This document shows positions 39,505 to 51,309 of a DNA stretch of 64,000 nucleotides, in pieces. Under the pieces are notes generated by a model. That model saw only the letters and a list, made by a program, of their open reading frames with translations, made no database searches and had not been told where the DNA came from. Both the position numbers and the translations under genes were made by a program. The DNA is from Macrostomum lignano (Eukaryota). Location: positions 56,945 to 120,944 of the forward strand of contig NIVC01002400.1 in NCBI GenBank assembly GCA_002269645.1, in the 5' to 3' direction. Each line of letters starts with the position of its first letter. The stretch's first letter is position 1.

Positions 39505-41910
39505 TAGTGCAATAATCCTTGGTTTATTAATAGCAATAATCCTTGATTAATCAAGTGCAATAATCCTTGGTTTATCAAGTGCAATAATCCTTGGTTTATC
39601 AAGTGCAGTAATCTTTGGCTTATAAAGTGCAATAATCCTTGGTTTATCAAGTGCAATAATCCTTTGTTTATCAAGTGCAATAATCCTTGGTTTATCAAGT
39701 GCAATAATCCTTGGTTTATTAAGTGCAATAATCCTTGGTTTATTAAGTGCAATAATCCTTGGTTTATCTAGCGCAGTAATCCTTGGCTTATCAGGTGCAA
39801 TAATCCTTGGTTTATCAAGTGCAATATTTGTTTATCAAGTGCAATAATCCTTGGTTTATCAAGTGAAATAATCCTTGGTTTATCAAGTGCAATAATCCTT
39901 GGCTTATCAACTGCAATAATCCTTGGTTTATCAAGCGCAGTAATCTTTGGCCTATCAAGTGCAATAATCCTTGGTTTATCAAGTGCAGTAATCCTTGGCC
40001 TATCAAGTGCAATAATCCTTGGTTTATCAAGTGCAATAATCCTTGGTTTATCAAGTGTAATAATCCTTGGTTTATCAAGTGCAATAATCCTTGGCTTATC
40101 AACTGCAATAATCCTTGGTTTATCAAGTGCAATAATCCTTGGTTTATCAAGCGCAGTAATCCTTGGCCTATCAAGTGCAATAATCCTTGGCTTATCAAGT
40201 GCAATAATCCTTGGCTTATCAAGTGCAATAATCCTTGGTTTATCAAGTGCAATAATCCTTAGTTTATCGAGTGCAGTAATCCTTAGTTTTCCAAGTGCAG
40301 TAATCCTTGGTTTATTAAGAGCAATAATCCTTGGCTTATCGAGTGCAGTAATCCTTGGTTTGCCAAGAGCAATAATCCTTGGTTTATCAAGTGCAATAAT
40401 CCTTGGTTTATCAAGTGCAATAATCCTTGGTTTATCAGATGCAATAATCCTTGGCTTATCAACTGCAATAATCCTTGGTTTATCAAGTGCAATAATCCTT
40501 GGCTTATCAAGTGCAATAATCCTTGATTTATCAAGTGCAATAATCCTTGGTTTATCAAGCGCAGTAATCTTTGGCCTATCAAGTGCAATAATCCTTTGTT
40601 TATCAAGTGCAATAATCCTTGGTTTATCAAGTGCAATAATCTTTGGTTTATCAGATGCAATAATCCTTGGCTTATCAACTGCAATAATCATTTGTTTATC
40701 AAGTACAATAATCCTTGGCTTATCAAGTGCAATAATCCTTGGTTTATCAAGTGCAATAATCCTTGGTTTATCAAGCGCAGTAATTTTTGGCCTATCAAGT
40801 GCAATAATCCTTGGTTTATCAAGTGCAGTAATCCTTGGCCTATCAAGTGCAATGATCCTTGGTTTATCAAGTGCAATAGTCTTTGGTTTATCGAGTGCAG
40901 TAATCCTTAGTTTTCCAAGTGCAGTAATCCTTGGTTTATTAAGAGCAATAATCCTTGGTTTATCGAGTGGAGTAGTCCTTGGTTTATTAATATCAATAAT
41001 CCTTGAATAATCCAGTGCATTAATCCTTGGCTTATCAAGTGCAACATTCTTTACTATCAAGTGCAATAATCCATGGCTTATCAAGTGCAATAATCCTTGG
41101 CTTATCAAGTGCAATAATCCTTGGTTTATCAAGTGCAATAATCCTTTGTTTATCAAGTGCAATAATCCTTTGTTTATCAAGTGCAATAATCCTTTGTTTA
41201 TCAAGTGCAATAATCCTTGGTTTATCAAGCGCAGTAATCCTTGGCTTATCAAGTGCAATAATCCTTGGTTTATCAAGTGCAATAATCCTTGGTTTATCAA
41301 GCGCAGTAATCTTTGGCCTATCAAGTGCAATAATCCTTGGTTTATCAAGTGCAGTAATCCTTGGCCTATCAAGTGCAATATTCCTTGGTTTATCAAGTGC
41401 AATAGTCCTTGGTTTATCGAGTGCAGTAATCCTTGGTTTTCCAAGTGCAATAATCCTTGGCTTCTTGAGTGCAGTAATCCTTGGTTTGCCAAGAGCAATA
41501 GTCTTTGGTTTATCGAGTGCAGTAATCCTTGGTTTTCCAAGTGCAGTAATCCTTGGTTTATTAATAGCAATAATCCTTGGCTTCTTGAGTGCAGTAATCC
41601 TTGGTTTGCCAAGAGCAATAGTCCTTGGTTTATCGAGTGCAGTAATCCTTGGTTTTCCAAGTGCAATAATCCTTGGCTTCTTGAGTGCAGTAATCCTTGG
41701 TTTGCCAAGAGCAATAGTCCTTGGTTTATCGAGTGCAGTAATCCTTGGTTTTCCAAGTGCAGTAATCCTTGGTTTATTAATAGCAATAATCCTTGGCTTC
41801 TTGAGTGCAGTAATCCTTGGTTTGCCAAGAGCAATAGTCCTTGGTTTATCGAGTGCAGTAGTCCTTGGTTTATTAATAGCAATAATCCTTGGCTTATCGA
41901 GTGCAGTAAT
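39505..41910. repeat. 21-bp minisatellite (caagtgcaataatccttggtttat-type) inside the Helitron-like element
   Basis: More than 100 tandem variant units. Confidence 0.96.
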
Positions 41911-41981
41911 CTAAGTGTTTTTATTTAGTCCTTTAATAAAACCTTTTAATAAAAAAATTTACACTACTACTTTTAAACTAC

Positions 41982-42040
41982 TTAGATTCGAACCTAGGTC
42001 GCTGCATTAGCAGTCTGGTCTGTTCAGCTCTAGGCTAGCT
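41982..42040 (-). pseudogene. tRNA-derived fragment (tRNA-Ser GCT-like or SINE head) inside the Helitron-like element
   Basis: The minus strand reads TAGCCTAGAGC...gaCTGCTAAtgc...GGTTCGAATC. No complete acceptor stem. Confidence 0.45.
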
Positions 42041-42591
42041 CTCATCGAAGTTATCAGTGATGTTGTACCACTTATATAATTCAACACTCACACCAAGTCA
42101 GGTAGAGTAAAAAGTCTCACGAAGCAGTTATGACATAATCAATTTCTTAGGCAAGTCAGTACCAGTGTCTATGAAAGTTTACAATATGGTTACGTAATAT
42201 AAATTCAGTACTGCGCTATGCTTTCACACTCAAAGCTGTGACGCAATTCAATTGAGTGTCAAATTCAGCCAGTACACAGACGATAAATAAAGTGTATTGT
42301 GATGCAATCTATTTCAGAATCAGAATTCAACCAGTCAGTTTTTCTGCTAGCATTCTTACGATGCATTTCAAGTCGAAAGAGCTGCTTGACCTTTGCAAAA
42401 AAGCATGTTTTTCGAATATTTAATCCCTTTAGCATCAAGCAATTTCTTAGCCACGATGCATGTACTGTCACGGGAAAATTTCTGATCGAACAGTGCAAGT
42501 TCGAAGAAAATCGGTTGAGCCGTTTTTGCTAAAATCGATCACACACACACACATACACACACACACATACCGACAGACCATTTTTAGTATA

Positions 42592-42867
42592 TGGAAATTC
42601 TTAACAACCCTCCTAAAACTGAAATGCGAGATTACACCCAACTTTTTTTCTCAAGAACCATGTAAAATGTGTGGAGCGCAAAATGGTTCTGGCATCCTGC
42701 ACTACTTGACCGAATGTCCACAAACTGAAGAGATCAGGAAAAAATACTTATGCCAATACCTCTTAAATGGCAATCAAATACACAAGATAGGATATACTAC
42801 AAATGAAAAAAGAGTCAGAAAAGAACTAACTGGTGTAGCTAAAATATTTGAAGTCATGAATAGCTAA
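42592..42867 (+). mobile_element. 3' part of the same LINE ORF2 (CCHC zinc-knuckle tail)
   Basis: WKFLTTLLKLKC...CKMC...HYLTECP.TEEIR...*, continuing the 36730 frame once 38737-42591 is removed. Confidence 0.8.
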
Positions 42868-44064
42868 AACAGTTAAACAAACTGACTCAGATACATCAGC
42901 AGTGTAACAAACCCGCTTTCAGTCATTTATTCATTTACTGTCTTTTTTAATTTCCTATTTAAATCGTCGTTAATCGTTAGACGTTAAGTTCGTTCGAAGT
43001 ATGTTTATGTTCGTTTTTCACGCTTTGATATATTACGCGCTTTCAAAAATACTACATGTCCTTTTACAAAAATCGCATAGTATTGAGAGCAATCCTTAAT
43101 TATACTATGATTATTTGTTATATTTGTTAAGATCTAACTACCTTTCCTGAATCGCATTCTAGAAGAATCGTTTTGCTTTAAGGTCATATATATACATGTA
43201 AGACATTGATTTTTTATTTTTCCCTGCTTTGAATCTTGTTATTCTGTCGTTAGTCGTGACTCGTTAATGGGCTGGAAAACCGTTTAAAAAAAAAATTCTA
43301 GACGCTCTTTCAAATACCTTACTTTTACAAATATCGTAATCTTGCAATCAAAGCTATACCTCGTAATTCGTACTCATTTCTGTATTAATATTTATACTCG
43401 TTGTTAGTTGTTAGTTGTCACTTTTCGTACAAAAATACCGTAAAAATATTCTGGCGCGCTTTCAAATACTTCATCCTTTACAATAACGAGTTCGTCAAGT
43501 CGTCTTTATAAACTTCTATTTCGAAAATCCTTCCAAATACATAGCTCTTTACTATATTGGCCAAACAGGCTAATTGCCTGAGCCAAATTCTTACTACTAC
43601 TACTACCTACCAAAGCTCCCAAGTCCAAAATTTTTCTTTTCTCCACCCCACCTCAATCAAATCAAATCGATCGAAACTTGAGGGCTTGAAAGGGCTTGAG
43701 ACGTTGAGTGAGTCTACTTTTTAAGCATAGCTGTTGCTTGACATAGTTTGAATTTTTTTCAAGTGTCTTTAAGAACAAAATTCTTACAACTTAGTGGAAA
43801 TGTGTATTCTTATGCATTGTAGGCCCTATAATAAACCAAAAGTCAAGGACTAGCTACTTTAACTTAATACTTTGCCTGAGTAGACAGTAGTCCATGCCAA
43901 AACTTAAAAAAATTTCACTAGACATTAATTAATATTTTATGGATGTCACATGATATCTATCACGATGATGCATTGCAGGAAAAACCTTTTTGCAGTCTGT
44001 GCCAAGAGATGGCCCACCTAATTGATACCCTTCACCCTCTGCACTGTACTGAAAGTGAAAGAAA

Positions 44065-44717
44065 CGGTTTCCATGCATTTCGGTGCCCATGCTTTTTGGT
44101 GCCAGGCATTTCGGTGCCCTAGTTTGCTTTTCGGTGCCAAACTTGAATATGACGCCAAATCAGTAATTGATAATTTATATTAAGATATAAGGTATTATTT
44201 TCTCTGAAATCTGCTTGGGGTCAGCTAGACGACAAGTTAATCACACCTACCCAGCTTTTAGCTATCTGCAGTCGCTTTGTGGGATATTAACCAATACGAC
44301 AATTTCATTCGATCAGCAACGATTTTAGCAGTTCTTTTAGGAATTTTATGACTTAATTTTATCATTACGATATGTTTGTTTCGATATCGATTAGTTGGAC
44401 GATATGTTATTCAACTTAAATCATCCTTCTTTGTGATCATTATACGTGTTTTTCAAATCAATCCTCGATTTGTTCTTTAAAACAAATTCATTGAAAAAAA
44501 TAATTTGGAAGACAAAAAATAAACTTGTTCAGTTATTCGTAATTGCCTTCGATTGAATCTGGAATAACATGATTGACTTTTAGCTTCATTCCATGTATTT
44601 GTTAAGCTGGGACCGAAAAGCAAAATGAGGCACCAAAAAGTAAACTGGGACACCGAAATGCCTGGCACCGAAAAGCAAAGCACAGGCACCGAAAAGCGTG
44701 GATACCAAAGAAACTGG
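44065..44717. mobile_element. Non-autonomous DNA element with long modular inverted termini (ggcaccgaaa repeats)
   Basis: The left arm gctttttggtgccaggcatttcggtgccctagtttgcttttcggtgcc matches the reverse complement of the right arm at about 44629-44676. Confidence 0.7.
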
Positions 44718-45209
44718 CTCACTTAGGCCCTAGTCTTAGGCTAGGCAGGCTTTAGAGAATAGGCCTATTATATAATAATATGAATTTTGAAAGTTTTCCT
44801 ATTCCTTGTGCTTTTAGTAGGCTACTAGAAGTTAGATTTATAAATCCATTTGTACTAATGCAGGCCTATGGGAAAATTTCCTTTAAAATAGCATCATCCT
44901 TCTAACTTCTAAGTTCTAACTATTGATATAGTAAAATATCTAGGCTTATAAGTTTGATTTTGGGTAGTGATTGTTTTGCTTGTTTTGCTTGTGAAATTTT
45001 GAGTTTATAAAAAACACTCCCTGATTGTGCTGTAAGTATAATAAGCTACAATTTTAGGATTTTTGCATAGCTATGTCTAATTCTTATTATTCTGAGTATT
45101 CTCCCTTATTTTTGTCTCCCCTCTCACTTTTAGTTTCATTTTATAATGCATTGTTAACAACAATGGTATCATATTATACCATTATCAACAGGGTATCATA
45201 TTATAAAAG

Positions 45210-46018
45210 CTAGGTTTTTTGTGTCATAGGCATGTCATTACCATGATATCAAAATTAAAAATGGCATAATGATTTTGATGCTAGTATGCCAAAATGGCAT
45301 AGGCCGGCAATCTTTTACTTTACTGCGTTTAATTATTTTTCATTAATTTTCATTTTTATTTTTCTTTCTCATTTCAGCCAATTTACTAATGGCTGGAAAG
45401 CCCTCTACGCCTACTACAATTATGCCTAAGGCCAATCTAGGCCAGCAGCCGAGCTGTATGACAATGACATTGATGTCACACTATGCAAGCTTGTGCTGCT
45501 GACGTCTAACAGCTAGCAAACTATTCACTGGCTGGCCACCTACGGGCTACTGCGAAATTCTCAGGCATGTGAACAATGCCCTGAGGCTCTAGCCATGTGG
45601 CTACAGAGGCAGGATGGAGCCCAATTTGTTGATGGCTATGCCTGGGCATGTCCAACCTGCAGGACACAGAAAAGCATCACTTAGAAAAGCAGCAATTAAA
45701 AAAACAGTTAAATTAATTAAACACAGTAAAGTAAAAGATTGCCCATAGGCCTAATAACTTTTTTGCCATTATGCCATTGCCAATGCTGAATTCCCAGTTC
45801 TAAATTTCAGTTTGCTTTTAAATTTGCCAAATTGACAAGCTATTATCATTCCTATTTGAATCTGAAAAGAAACCCTTTAATATAGGCTAGGCTCATAAAG
45901 TGCTATTTTATATTTTATGCCAATGCCAATGGCATGTCAAAATTGAAAATGGCATAACAATTTTGATGCCATTATGCCAATGCCAAATGGCATAACAATT
46001 TTGAGGAAAAAACCCTAG
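45210..46018 (+). mobile_element. DNA-transposon deletion derivative carrying a Merlin/ISXO2-like transposase N-terminal Zn-finger fragment
   Basis: Ends ctagg(g)tttttt / aaaaaaccctag. 8-bp TSD tataaaag / aataaaag (7/8). Subterminal tggcat repeats. Internal WLATYGLL...CEQC...DGYAWACPTC...SI with an upstream in-frame stop. Confidence 0.65.
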
Positions 46019-46928
46019 AATAAAAGTGAATATAGGCATTGTGCTCTAATATGCTAAAATGAAGATTTTTGCAATTTGCTCATCTGTTTCATTTCAATTT
46101 CAATTTCAATTACTTTTCTCCATTCACCATTGGGTCCTGTATAATGAAATTGATGCAAGTAATCAATTAGGCTATGGATATTGTAAGACAAAATAATACC
46201 AAAATTTTGTCTATATTTATAATACATAACTTTAACTTTAGACTATAGAATATAAATGGGATGGGAGATATATATTATCTATATTATAGTATACTTTACT
46301 TATAGTTATACAAGTAATATTATTCATTTACTATAAATAATTATGTATATGTTATAATGTAATTAAATTCCAAATAAGTGCACATATAGCATATAGTTCA
46401 TAATCTTATAGAATGACATTTTTATTTAGGCCTGTACATATATTTATACATTTATTCATTTTATTTATATTTTTATACATATATTATAATTGAACCAATG
46501 ATTTAGATAGAAAAATTTGACCATGCATATAATAATTAATGTTGTAAATTGTCAAGTAAATACAAGAATAAGTAAATAGGCTTATTTGGAGACTTCATAT
46601 ACAAATTATAATATAAAAATGTTGAATATTTTGACATAGTAAATGCACTGTTGCTAAAAGTTTGCATACAGTTAATAATAGTATTTATTTATATTTTTCC
46701 ATTTTTTAGATATCAGTTATATTTTCAATTAGTATAAAATATCTATCTTTATCATTTCTAGTATAATAAAAAGCAAACATATAGTCGATATACATACCTT
46801 TGTAAACTGTAAATGTATATAATTATTAATTTTTCTATGTATTACTTTCTAAGTAGTAGTATTATTAACTATTTCTGTAAACATTCCAGATAATCTAAAT
46901 AGAAAATATAATCTTCAAGTAGATCACA

Positions 46929-47172
46929 ATGTCAGGTCACATTAAGGAAAATTCTACAACTCAGGATGGTAAGATAATATCTTTATGATTTATTATTTAT
47001 AAATAATTGTTTATTTAATAACATGGCTCTGGCTAGCTAAAAAAATTTCTTTTTTTTCTTGGTCAGGTGAAAATATTGTTGATGCTCTGCTAAATGATCC
47101 AAGTGTGCTAGCTCAATACCAGAAGGAGCTGCCATTCGATTCAAAATTACAAGCCATGGCTAACTATAAACA
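46929..47172 (+). CDS. Two small exons (46929-46968 and 47067-47172), possibly an alternative NAP1 N-terminus
   Basis: MSGHIKENSTTQD G|gtaaga, then ttcttggtcag|GENIVDALLNDPSVLAQYQKELPFDSKLQAMANYK CA|gtaagt. The phase-2 end fits the NAP1 exon at 51879. Confidence 0.45.
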
Positions 47173-47291
47173 GTAAGTTTTATCTTGATTTTGTATTCTT
47201 CTTTAGGGTGTTAACTCACTGGATCTAAAAATTAAATCATTTAAGTATGGAGTGAATAATTATAGTTTATCCTTGGGCCTTGGGTAGCCTT

Positions 47292-47582
47292 GGGAGTAGC
47301 CTAGTGGTTAGAGCCTTGGGCTTATGACTGAAAGGTCGGGGGTTCGAATCTCGACCCAGTTGGGAACAACTGTGTCCTTGAGCAAGACACTTAACCCTGC
47401 ATTGCTTCAGTTCACCCAGCTGTAAAATGGGTGCCAGCATTAGCTGGGGTAATTGAGGCTGTGTTTGGCGACCCCCCCAGTCCTTGTACTGAACAGCCGT
47501 ACACAGCCTTCAGATGCGCCGCGCAATAGCTGCGGCTGAGCTGTCGGTTGCACATCTGCACATTGGGGCGGTGTAATAATAC
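47292..47582 (+). mobile_element. tRNA-headed SINE with a MIR-like CORE domain, full length
   Basis: A box tagcctagtgg, B box ggttcgaatc, CORE ctgtgtccttgagcaagacacttaacc...cttcagttcacccagctgtaaaatggg, short (TAA) tail. Confidence 0.85.
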
Positions 47583-48700
47583 CACTCTTGCCTTCATAAT
47601 TGGCCTTTATTGGTGAAAAATGAAAATGATTGTATAGTAAATAGTTGATTTAAGAATGATTTTCTTGAGATTGAAGTTGAAGGTAAGAATTAGGTTTTTA
47701 TTTTTGAAAGAAAGATTCTTGATCTATACAGAATTCTACTGAAATTAATTCTCTTTCATCAGTCGAATGTGTAAAAAGGCATAGCTTAGCACTTAACACA
47801 ATTTGCATTTACGCTACTAATAGTAGTTTCCGGTGTGAAACTGTCAGTAGTTAGGCTTGTTAAAGCTTTGCAGGATTCACTATAATTAAAGAGCAGTTGG
47901 GCTTTCAGGGAAGTATGCATTTCTTCTCCATCAAATCTGGAATGGAAATGGCCTGGAAAATGCTGAAGCGCTACACACATTTCAACTCAGATCAGGGAAG
48001 CATGCGCTTCTTCTTTCGTACGCTTAGCAAATTTTGAGCTAAAGAGGGAGTTCATGAAATAGGAATTTAGGTTGTACAACAAAGAGGACTGAAGAATCAT
48101 GCCTCAATAGTCGCCATCGAAAAACTTTGATCCCGTAAATCTCTTAATTAAGATTTACTAAGCATTGCAGGCTAAGTTTCGGACTTTATTTTTCACGGCT
48201 ACGTTGATTCCACGACACACTCCGGCTGTCACCTTCTAGCAACTCCCCTGCCCCACCCATACAGCAATGCATGCAACTTGCATACGTAGTGCTGTCGTTG
48301 CCTAGCTATTTGATTCAAAAATTTAGTAAACTATATCGACTTTGAAACTGTTTTTTAGAAAGCGCGTCGTCACACTTCTCGCACTTGGTGACTCATGGGA
48401 ATTTCCTTCAGTCGGACTTGAAGGTTCGATTTTCTTTCTATCCAAGACAGTCCTAGGGTGAGAGTTTGAGACCACCTGGAATCCCGAAGAGAAGTTTTCT
48501 AACCGCGTCACAGCTGAGCTGAGTTACCCTTGCCTAGCTGGCGTATCTGACGTTTGCAGGCGGCGGGAGGTGGGGTGGGGCTTGAGCAAAGTTGAGCCAA
48601 AGAGACCGAGGGGAAACGCATGGTCTGGACTTTGGAGTATTTCCCCTAAACACCCGAATTTATGATTAAATCTTTTAAACTTAAATTTTCATTTTCAAGT

Positions 48701-48927
48701 GGGTTGCAGCCAAGTGGTTTGAGCGTCGAACTCACGACAGAAAGGTCGGTGGTTCGATTCTCTAACTAATCGGAACAATCTGTGTCCTTGAGCAAGACAC
48801 TTTAACTCTGCATTGCTTCAGTTCACCCAGCTGTAAAATGGGTGTCAGCATCACCTGGGGTAATTGAGGCTGTGTGTGTGGTGGCCCCCCAGTCCTTGGA
48901 CTGAACAGCCGTACGCAGCCTTCAGAT
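48701..48927 (+). mobile_element. Second copy of the CORE-SINE, 3'-truncated
   Basis: Same head, CORE and body as 47292, ending at ccttcagat. Confidence 0.85.
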
Positions 48928-49348
48928 TATTGGGATTTTTGAGATGTCAAGACATTCCTTGAAATCCAGGATTTCTGCAACTTTAAATGGTCCTATTATG
49001 GTCGGGTAGAGAGGCTGGGGTATTTCATTTGATTTTGACCTCAAGTATTCAACTGTTGTTGAACAGAAGGCTTTCCACTATCCAGATCCTGTTTCAGTGG
49101 TTTCCATGACTACGGCGGCTGTTTTTTATTGAAACTAAGCCTGGCTGTATGTATGAGGGGTGATTCTCCCGAATCTTGCGACGTGGGGCTGACTTCTCAA
49201 GTTAGAGAGAGTGGAGTTGCTGCTATATATATATGAGTGCCTTCGCATGCATATTCTTGCAAGTGTGTGCTTATATTGCATAGAAATTCAACGACCCCAA
49301 GCCGAGCTGTAAAGCTGTAATAAGCAAATTTTGATCGGTTAAAAAACT

Positions 49349-49413
49349 ATGTCTGACACAGACGAGTCTACGGTGGCAGAGAAACGCCTGGATGCCTTTG
49401 GCAGTTATCAAAG
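49349..49413 (+). CDS. nap1: NAP1 gene, probable first coding exon
   Basis: MSDTDESTVAEKRLDAFGSYQ AG|gtaaga (phase 2), joining to (R)LPEPVKRRV. Confidence 0.65.
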
Positions 49414-49574
49414 GTAAGAGGCACAAATATGTCACGAGGTTCTTTGTGAGGAAGTGCATGTTTTGGGTATTTTCTATAAATTAAGCGAATTTATGAGCTT
49501 CTTGGTTGGGCAAGGAGTTTTGGCAATAATTGTTTTTAACTTGAGAAACAAACAAAGCATCCAGCTCATGGCTG

Positions 49575-50505
49575 AATGAGAGAGGAGAGATAAGAGAAGA
49601 GAGGAGTAGGGAGAGGAGAGAAAAGAGAAGGGAGTGAGGAGAGAAGAGAGGAGAGTGATGAGAGAAGAGAGAAGGGAGTGAGGAGAGAAAAGAGGAGAGT
49701 GAGGAGAGAAGAGAGAAGGGAATGATGAGAGAAGAGAGAAGGGAGTGAGGAGAGAAGAGAGAAGGGAGTGAGGAGAGAAGAGAGAAGGGAGTGATGAGAG
49801 AAAAGAGGAGAGTGAGGAGAGAAGGGAGAAGGGAGTGAGGAGAGAAGAGAGAAGGGAGTGATGAGAGAAAAGAGGAGAGTGAGGAGAGAAGAGAGAAGGG
49901 AATGATGAGAGAAGAGAGAAGGGAGTGAGGAGAGAAGAGAGAAGGGAGTGAGGAGAGAAGAGAGAAGGGAGTGATGAGAGAAGGGAGAAGGGAGTGAGGA
50001 AAGAAGAGAGAAGGGAGTGATGAGAGAAGGGAGAAGGGAGTGAGGAGAGAAGAGAGAAGGGAGTGATGAGAGAAAAGAGGAGAGTGAGGAGAGAAGGGAG
50101 AAGGGAGTGAGGAGAGAAGAGAGAAGGGAGTGATGAGAGAAAAGAGGAGAGTGAGGAGAGAAGAGAGAAGGGAATGATGAGAGAAGAGAGAAGGGAGTGA
50201 GGAGAGAAGAGAGAAGGGAGTGAGGAGAGAAGAGAGAAGGGAGTGATGAGAGAAGGGAGAAGGGAGTGAGGAAAGAAGAGAGAAGGGAGTGATGAGAGAA
50301 GGGAGAAGGGAGTGAGGAGAGAAGAGAGAAGGGAGTGAGGAGAGAAGAGAGAAGGGAGTGAGGAGAGAAGAGAGAAGGGAGTGATGAGAGAAGGGAGAAG
50401 GGAGTGAGGAAAGAAGAGAGAAGGGAGTGATGAGAGAAGGGAGAAGGGAGTGAGGAGAGAAGAGAGAAGGGAGTGATGAGAGAAGGGAGTGAGGAGAGAA
50501 GAGAG
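49575..50505. repeat. Purine-rich intronic minisatellite (gagagaagagagaagggagtga variants)
   Basis: Almost only A/G tandem units. Confidence 0.95.
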
Positions 50506-51309
50506 CTGAGAAGAGACGTAAATCTTAAGCGGGCCGTATTGCTATTGTGAAATTTCAAAAGATTCGAGCTGGTCCGGATAGAGGAGCTTCGCGGGCCGAA
50601 GGTTGCCGGCCCCTATTCTGGGGTATAAAATTTCTAGCACGTAAAATTTTTGCTGGTGAAACTATATTATGTAGATTATGAAATTTCTACTTTCATGAAG
50701 CGACTTGGGACCCTTCTATGGACTTACTTTATCTCAGTCGTATCATTCTGATTTCAGCGGGTCCCTTATCTCGTGACACTCTGAGGACTCTCTAAGTACT
50801 TTTAATCTCCAACGACAAATATACATGAATTCTTTGTGTAGAATGTAAACCTTCTAAATATGGCCTGGCCTAGCTGGCTTTCACATGAAAAAAGAATAAA
50901 AATGATTGATGGATTTAGAATTTTTCTTTCGGAAGTCAAGAAATAAGAAAAAAATCTAAGACGGATATTAGGGATGTTTGGGATTAATCTTGCCCTGCCC
51001 TGTATTTCCCATGGGAGAATATTATTCGAGCTGTTCTAAAATTATCGCATCCTTATTATATCTTCCTTTTTGATTTACTTGATATCTTATAACCGTCATC
51101 TATCACTTGGGCTGGATTTTTTATTATAATCCCTGCTCTATGCTCCTCTATTGTACTAATCCAGTCTGGGCTGCTATCTGTATCATTTTCATTCGTTATT
51201 AACAAACAAAAAATATTTTTGTTATACATTTTGTGTGTTTTTGCATCTTAAACATCTCACACTATTGCAATTCAAACTATTCTTTAAAAAATTGCCTTTT
51301 AAAATAATC

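Larger units (their letters stand above)
38737..42591 (-). mobile_element. Non-autonomous Helitron/HINE-like element (3.85 kb) with internal minisatellites
   Basis: One end has CTAG motifs and a GC hairpin (ccc-ttcg-ggg). The other has aaaatcggttgagccgttt, a (CA)n microsatellite and tttttagtata. No TSD. Excising it rejoins the RT ORF in frame. Confidence 0.75.

Noticed and set aside
47292-47365. Functional tRNA gene (also at 48701 and 41982)
   Set aside because: No complete acceptor stem or cloverleaf. The heads at 47292 and 48701 continue into a shared SINE body, and 41982 is only a fragment.
50570-50640. Helitron 3' end (gggcc..ggccc hairpin followed by CTAG)
   Set aside because: The stem is only 5 bp, and no matching 5' end was identified.
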